Shown in pieces: positions 60,215-64,000 of a DNA stretch of 64,000 bases. The stretch comes from Glaucostegus cemiculus (lineage: Eukaryota). Within the stretch, counting starts at the first letter, position 1; each line of letters opens with the position of its first letter. The translations under genes and the position numbers were made by a program. The stretch spans positions 5,208,001 through 5,272,000 of the forward strand of contig CDPCPM010000015.1 of assembly GCA_976551045.1 (NCBI GenBank). Direction: 5' to 3'. The notes below the pieces were generated by a model. The model saw only the letters and a program-made list of their open reading frames with translations, was not told the DNA's origin and made no database searches.

Positions 60215-62250
60215 ATCTATGCAGATCGTTTTTGAAGAATAAAGAAGGAAGTTCTTCCAGAGGAACAACTTAACTTGGTCAGAAGCAGTGTCACTCCATT
60301 GGATCAGAATGACACAATATCATCGCTTATTGCAGCTGGGTTCTGTGTATGACGTGCAGAATATGAAACTCAAGCAAAGGAAACTGCTGGGACAGAGATC
60401 AATTTGGTAGAAGGGGATCTATGAATCTTCCTGGGGGGCATTGGGGAGTTTGGGACAGTGGTATTTGTTTGATAGTGTAAACAATGTTTCTGCACAGCTC
60501 TGCTCACACAGCAACTGTATCTTGTGGTTCTATGTGGTCATTGTTTGTCAGTGACAGATCACTGTTCTTTAGTCCATGTCCTACTGAAGTCTGATTGATT
60601 AGATTCTTTCCTGACACAAATGAATTGCAGAGTGCCACAATCGATCTCGCAGTGAATGTATGTTATTTTGTTAATATCCAAGATCAGTGCAGCTTTTGGC
60701 AATGTTTCCAGTTGCGTAAATCACTTGTAAGCAATCAAGCTTATCTTCTTGTGCTGAGGTTATTTTCCCTTTGGTGTTAATCTACCAAAAGTTCTTTTGC
60801 ATAAAATAAATAGGAAGCTGAGTTGTACTTAAACATTGGTAGCTATAAACATAGAAGCACAATGCAAAACTGAACATGCCTCAGATGATAGAGGTACATT
60901 TTCCTTAACTACAATTAATATGTAGTTCTTATCTATTTTACATATATTTTTCATGGACTGGGGCAGTGGGTTAAGGGTCATTATGGGGGTGTTCTGGAAA
61001 GCAAAACAGTATTGTGATTTGAGCTAAAATTCAAAAACCCCATATGTATTTAAACCAATTTTATTTTTAAAGCTGCATGTATTTTTTGTAATTGTGATTA
61101 TTTTTTGACGAGGGCTGTGTTCTGTGTGCAGTGCAAAACTTCCCCAAGGAATCAGACACTGTCTGAATCAGCAAAGATTAGGTGCAAAGTAATGATTCCT
61201 AAATATAGCTTAAGCACTTGTATCATGTACAGCATAAGCTAGATGTGGGGTACAGATTACTTTATACAAACCCCAATAATGCCACCTCATCACCAAACCA
61301 AGGAGCAAACTATCCTATGAAATGTACATTTCCAAAGTATGTGTATTGAGGCAGTTATGTTTTCTTAACAAACTATACTAGATGTGTTTCTAGTTGGGTT
61401 TCAAAATTGCAAGTTATGAAGTTTTTATATTTTGAAATATTTAGAAAACTATATGGCTACAATCCAAACATTTAATCTGTGCATTGTATGATAAATTGCA
61501 ATATCTATATACGACAAATTCTCCTTCAATTATAAATATTGCATTGAAGTGGCTATAAAATAGGCTGCTGCAATAGTCAGGCTCTTTTTTTGAAAACTGC
61601 ATGTTTCTTTCCTACTAGTGCAATTATTCAGGTGTTTATTTTGTAATGTGTATTACATCCCTAATGCTGATTACAAAGTAGATACAGGTAGGTATGATTT
61701 AACTGGCACCTCTCAACTTGTACATCATAAAAGACCCTGCATTACCTGTTTTTTTTTAACTGTGAACCCACCCCTGCCACTCCCAACATGACATTCCCTT
61801 ATTAATTTAGGGATGTTAATACTACCTCCCTATTAGCCCTGGGACCTCAGCTCTTTATGTGGTGGTAACTGAGTACCATTTGTACATAATTCTTTTGTAC
61901 ATAATTCACTGGTTCTGCTTGATATTTTGTCTGAATGTTTGGAATTGTCTGATGTTAGTAATGCTATCTTATTGGTGTACATTCTAATTTCCAGATCTCT
62001 TGATACAAGCAGAATATGAGTGGATGGACTTAAATTTTTAATTGACTCTAAGGTCTGTGCCACGCAGCAAAATGTTAAGATTTGTAAATGACTTGAATAT
62101 GTGGATTCCTGGAATCTGAGGCTAGTAACTGGAAATACGCAAGCATCATGAGATTGACCATAATAGCAGAATTATATAAATGGTTATTTTTTTATACTTT
62201 GTGAGCAAGTTAACTCAAATTTTACCTTGCCTAGAATTGTATAGACTCTT
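60215..62250 (+). other. PIP5K1C: Putative PIP5K1C 3' UTR (3' end undetermined)
   Basis: About 2 kb without recognisable repeats after the stop; AU-rich; AATAAA at 60238-60243 and 60805-60810. Confidence 0.55.
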
Positions 62251-62259
62251 GGATTACCA

Positions 62260-62610
62260 GGTGGATGGAGAAAGGGTTCCAGGATATTCTCCAAACCTCC
62301 TTGGAAAAGGTGAAACACATCCACCAACTCCTAGGAATCCCTGACCCATGATTGCTCAAGGTGGGGAAGGAGCATTCATGATGCTATTGAGAACCATGAG
62401 TCCATGTGTTGGGAGTGCGCACTAAAAGCCCAGAGTAAAAAGCAGGAGGAGCGCACTACCTCTCAAATCACCCACTCGCATATCCCATCAAGCACCATCT
62501 GCCCCATCTGTGGTAGAATCTGCGGGTCCCACATTGGCCATCACCTCAGAACCCACAGAACTGGAATGGAAGCCAGTCATCTTGGATCCTGAGGGACTTC
62601 CTCAGAAGAG
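62260..62610 (+). mobile_element. RTE-clade LINE 3' fragment with C2H2 finger remnant
   Basis: Peptide CPICGRICGSHIGHHLRTH; gagggacttcctcagaagag tail. Confidence 0.7.
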
Positions 62611-63009
62611 ACTTTTGGAGTTAACCATACTGCATTACTGAATTTTTTCAAGATCAAGAAAAGCCTGTCTGCACCTAGCCAAATTATAGATTTGGTTGTA
62701 CCTCATGAAATTTTTAATTAAAATAATCTGCTACACAGTTATATTATCATACCAGTTCATACACATTGAACCTTGCAGTGCATTGCAATGTTACAGATTC
62801 CATGGAAAGGAGGTAGAATGGCAGGAAGATGTATGTAGAAATACTAATAGGTTGTAGCCAAACCACTGGTCTTAATGAAAATATAAAATGAACTGTGGCA
62901 TCTAATTCCAAAACTATTGGATGAAACTAATTTCAATCCATGTTGTGATCAAGATGTAGTTTGTTCAACTACCGTAAACCAGTCATCCTGGCTATAACAT
63001 AGCATTTTG

Positions 63010-63390
63010 ATATTCAGTTGGAACATTGTAGGTTCGAGTCTATTCCACAGTTTTAGCATTTAGTCAAGGCAGTCATTTCAGTGTGATAATAAAGGAGCGC
63101 TGCAATGTCAGAAGTACATTTTTTTTCAGATGATGTATTGTCTCCTTTTGTGGGCATAAGAGATCCTATAGCCATGTGAAGAGGAGCTTTTGCTTCTGTC
63201 CTGGCTAATGTTAATTATTCAACCAATATTTCTATAAGCAGACTAATATTTCATTTGTCTCATTGTTGCTTTTGAGACCCTGTATGGAACATATTGTTGT
63301 ATTTGCTTAAACAGCAGTGACTACACTTAGGAGAAAAAGCAGCTCTTTCGGTTGAGCTCTTTCGGGGACATTCAAGGAAATGATTCATAG
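63010..63390 (+). mobile_element. DeuSINE (SacSINE1-like) copy
   Basis: B-box-like GGTTCGAGTC, then tgtcctggctaat...tcaaccaa and acagcagtgactacactt, resembling the Deu domain; related minus-strand copies near 60-345, 13060-13310 and 27480-27790. Confidence 0.55.
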
Positions 63391-64000
63391 AATCTAATAG
63401 TATAGGGAAAGGCTGTTCAGTCTGTTGTGCTAATGCCAGACCTTTTGAAAGAGCTATCAAATTAGTTTGTTCACTTATTCTATTACCTGTAGTACTGATT
63501 TTTATTTTCATTTTCAATTCCCTTTTGAAAGAAACCATTACATTTGCTTTTGCCACCCTTTTCTGTCAAGTCAACTGAACTCAAATATTTTTGAAATATA
63601 ATTAAGAAAAAATCTCATCTTGCCCTTAGGACTTTTTCCAGTTACCTCACGTCTGGGTGTCCCCAAGTTTACTGATCCACCTTCCACTCGAAATAGTTTC
63701 TCTATAAAACTCCACAATCTTGAATACTTCTATTAAATTCCTCTCTGCTCAACTCTAAGGAAAGCAGTCTTGACCCCTCTGCTCCATTTGGTTGATGTTC
63801 CTCATCCTATAGAAATGCAAGATTTGCATTTGCTTCTGCCTGTTGTTGCAAGTCCAGAGTTAAATTCATCAGGAAGTGTACAGCTTTTATGTGCATCCAC
63901 TGTAAAAATGCTTGCTGTTCCCAGTACAAACTATCTTTCAATTTATATTAAAAAAAACATAAAATAGAAGATAATTCTTCTGATACTCACTCAGGTTGGA

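Noticed and set aside
62404-62592. C2H2 zinc-finger gene
   Set aside because: Single decayed finger within an RTE LINE 3' fragment that has two other copies in the window.
505-63967. Most short ORFs in the six-frame track as independent genes
   Set aside because: They are 60-140 aa, often start at TTG/GTG, and are either chance ORFs, antisense shadows of exons (e.g. 32708-32959, 46547-46753) or LINE remnants.

Overview
AT-rich, CpG-poor vertebrate genomic DNA. The repeat landscape (CR1-clade LINEs, V-SINE/HE1-like, DeuSINE- and LF-SINE-like SINEs, Penelope-like elements, RTE fragments) points to a cartilaginous fish (shark or ray; inference). The window holds almost all of one + strand, intron-rich gene, phosphatidylinositol-4-phosphate 5-kinase type I gamma (PIP5K1C). 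It runs from coding exon 2 (11002) to a terminal exon that begins with the TAA stop (60212), followed by 3' UTR; exon 1 was not found and presumably lies upstream. I traced all exons by hand and their phases join into one open frame with intact IIK, DLKGS, MDYSL, IID and KKLEH kinase motifs. Most entries in the ORF track are spurious or repeat-derived, and there is no prokaryotic system or CRISPR array. The most interesting signals are: (1) two C-terminal WIYSP exons that look like a tandem exon duplication; (2) a GC-AG intron, a 33-nt microexon, an in-frame tandem acceptor and a candidate unannotated 60-nt exon; (3) decayed minimal hammerhead-ribozyme cores in Penelope-associated repeats; (4) a CR1 insertion whose 5' junction carries a copy of nearby intronic DNA; (5) decayed Myb/SANT (Harbinger-type) remnants. 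Exon coordinates are exact by manual count; repeat boundaries are approximate.
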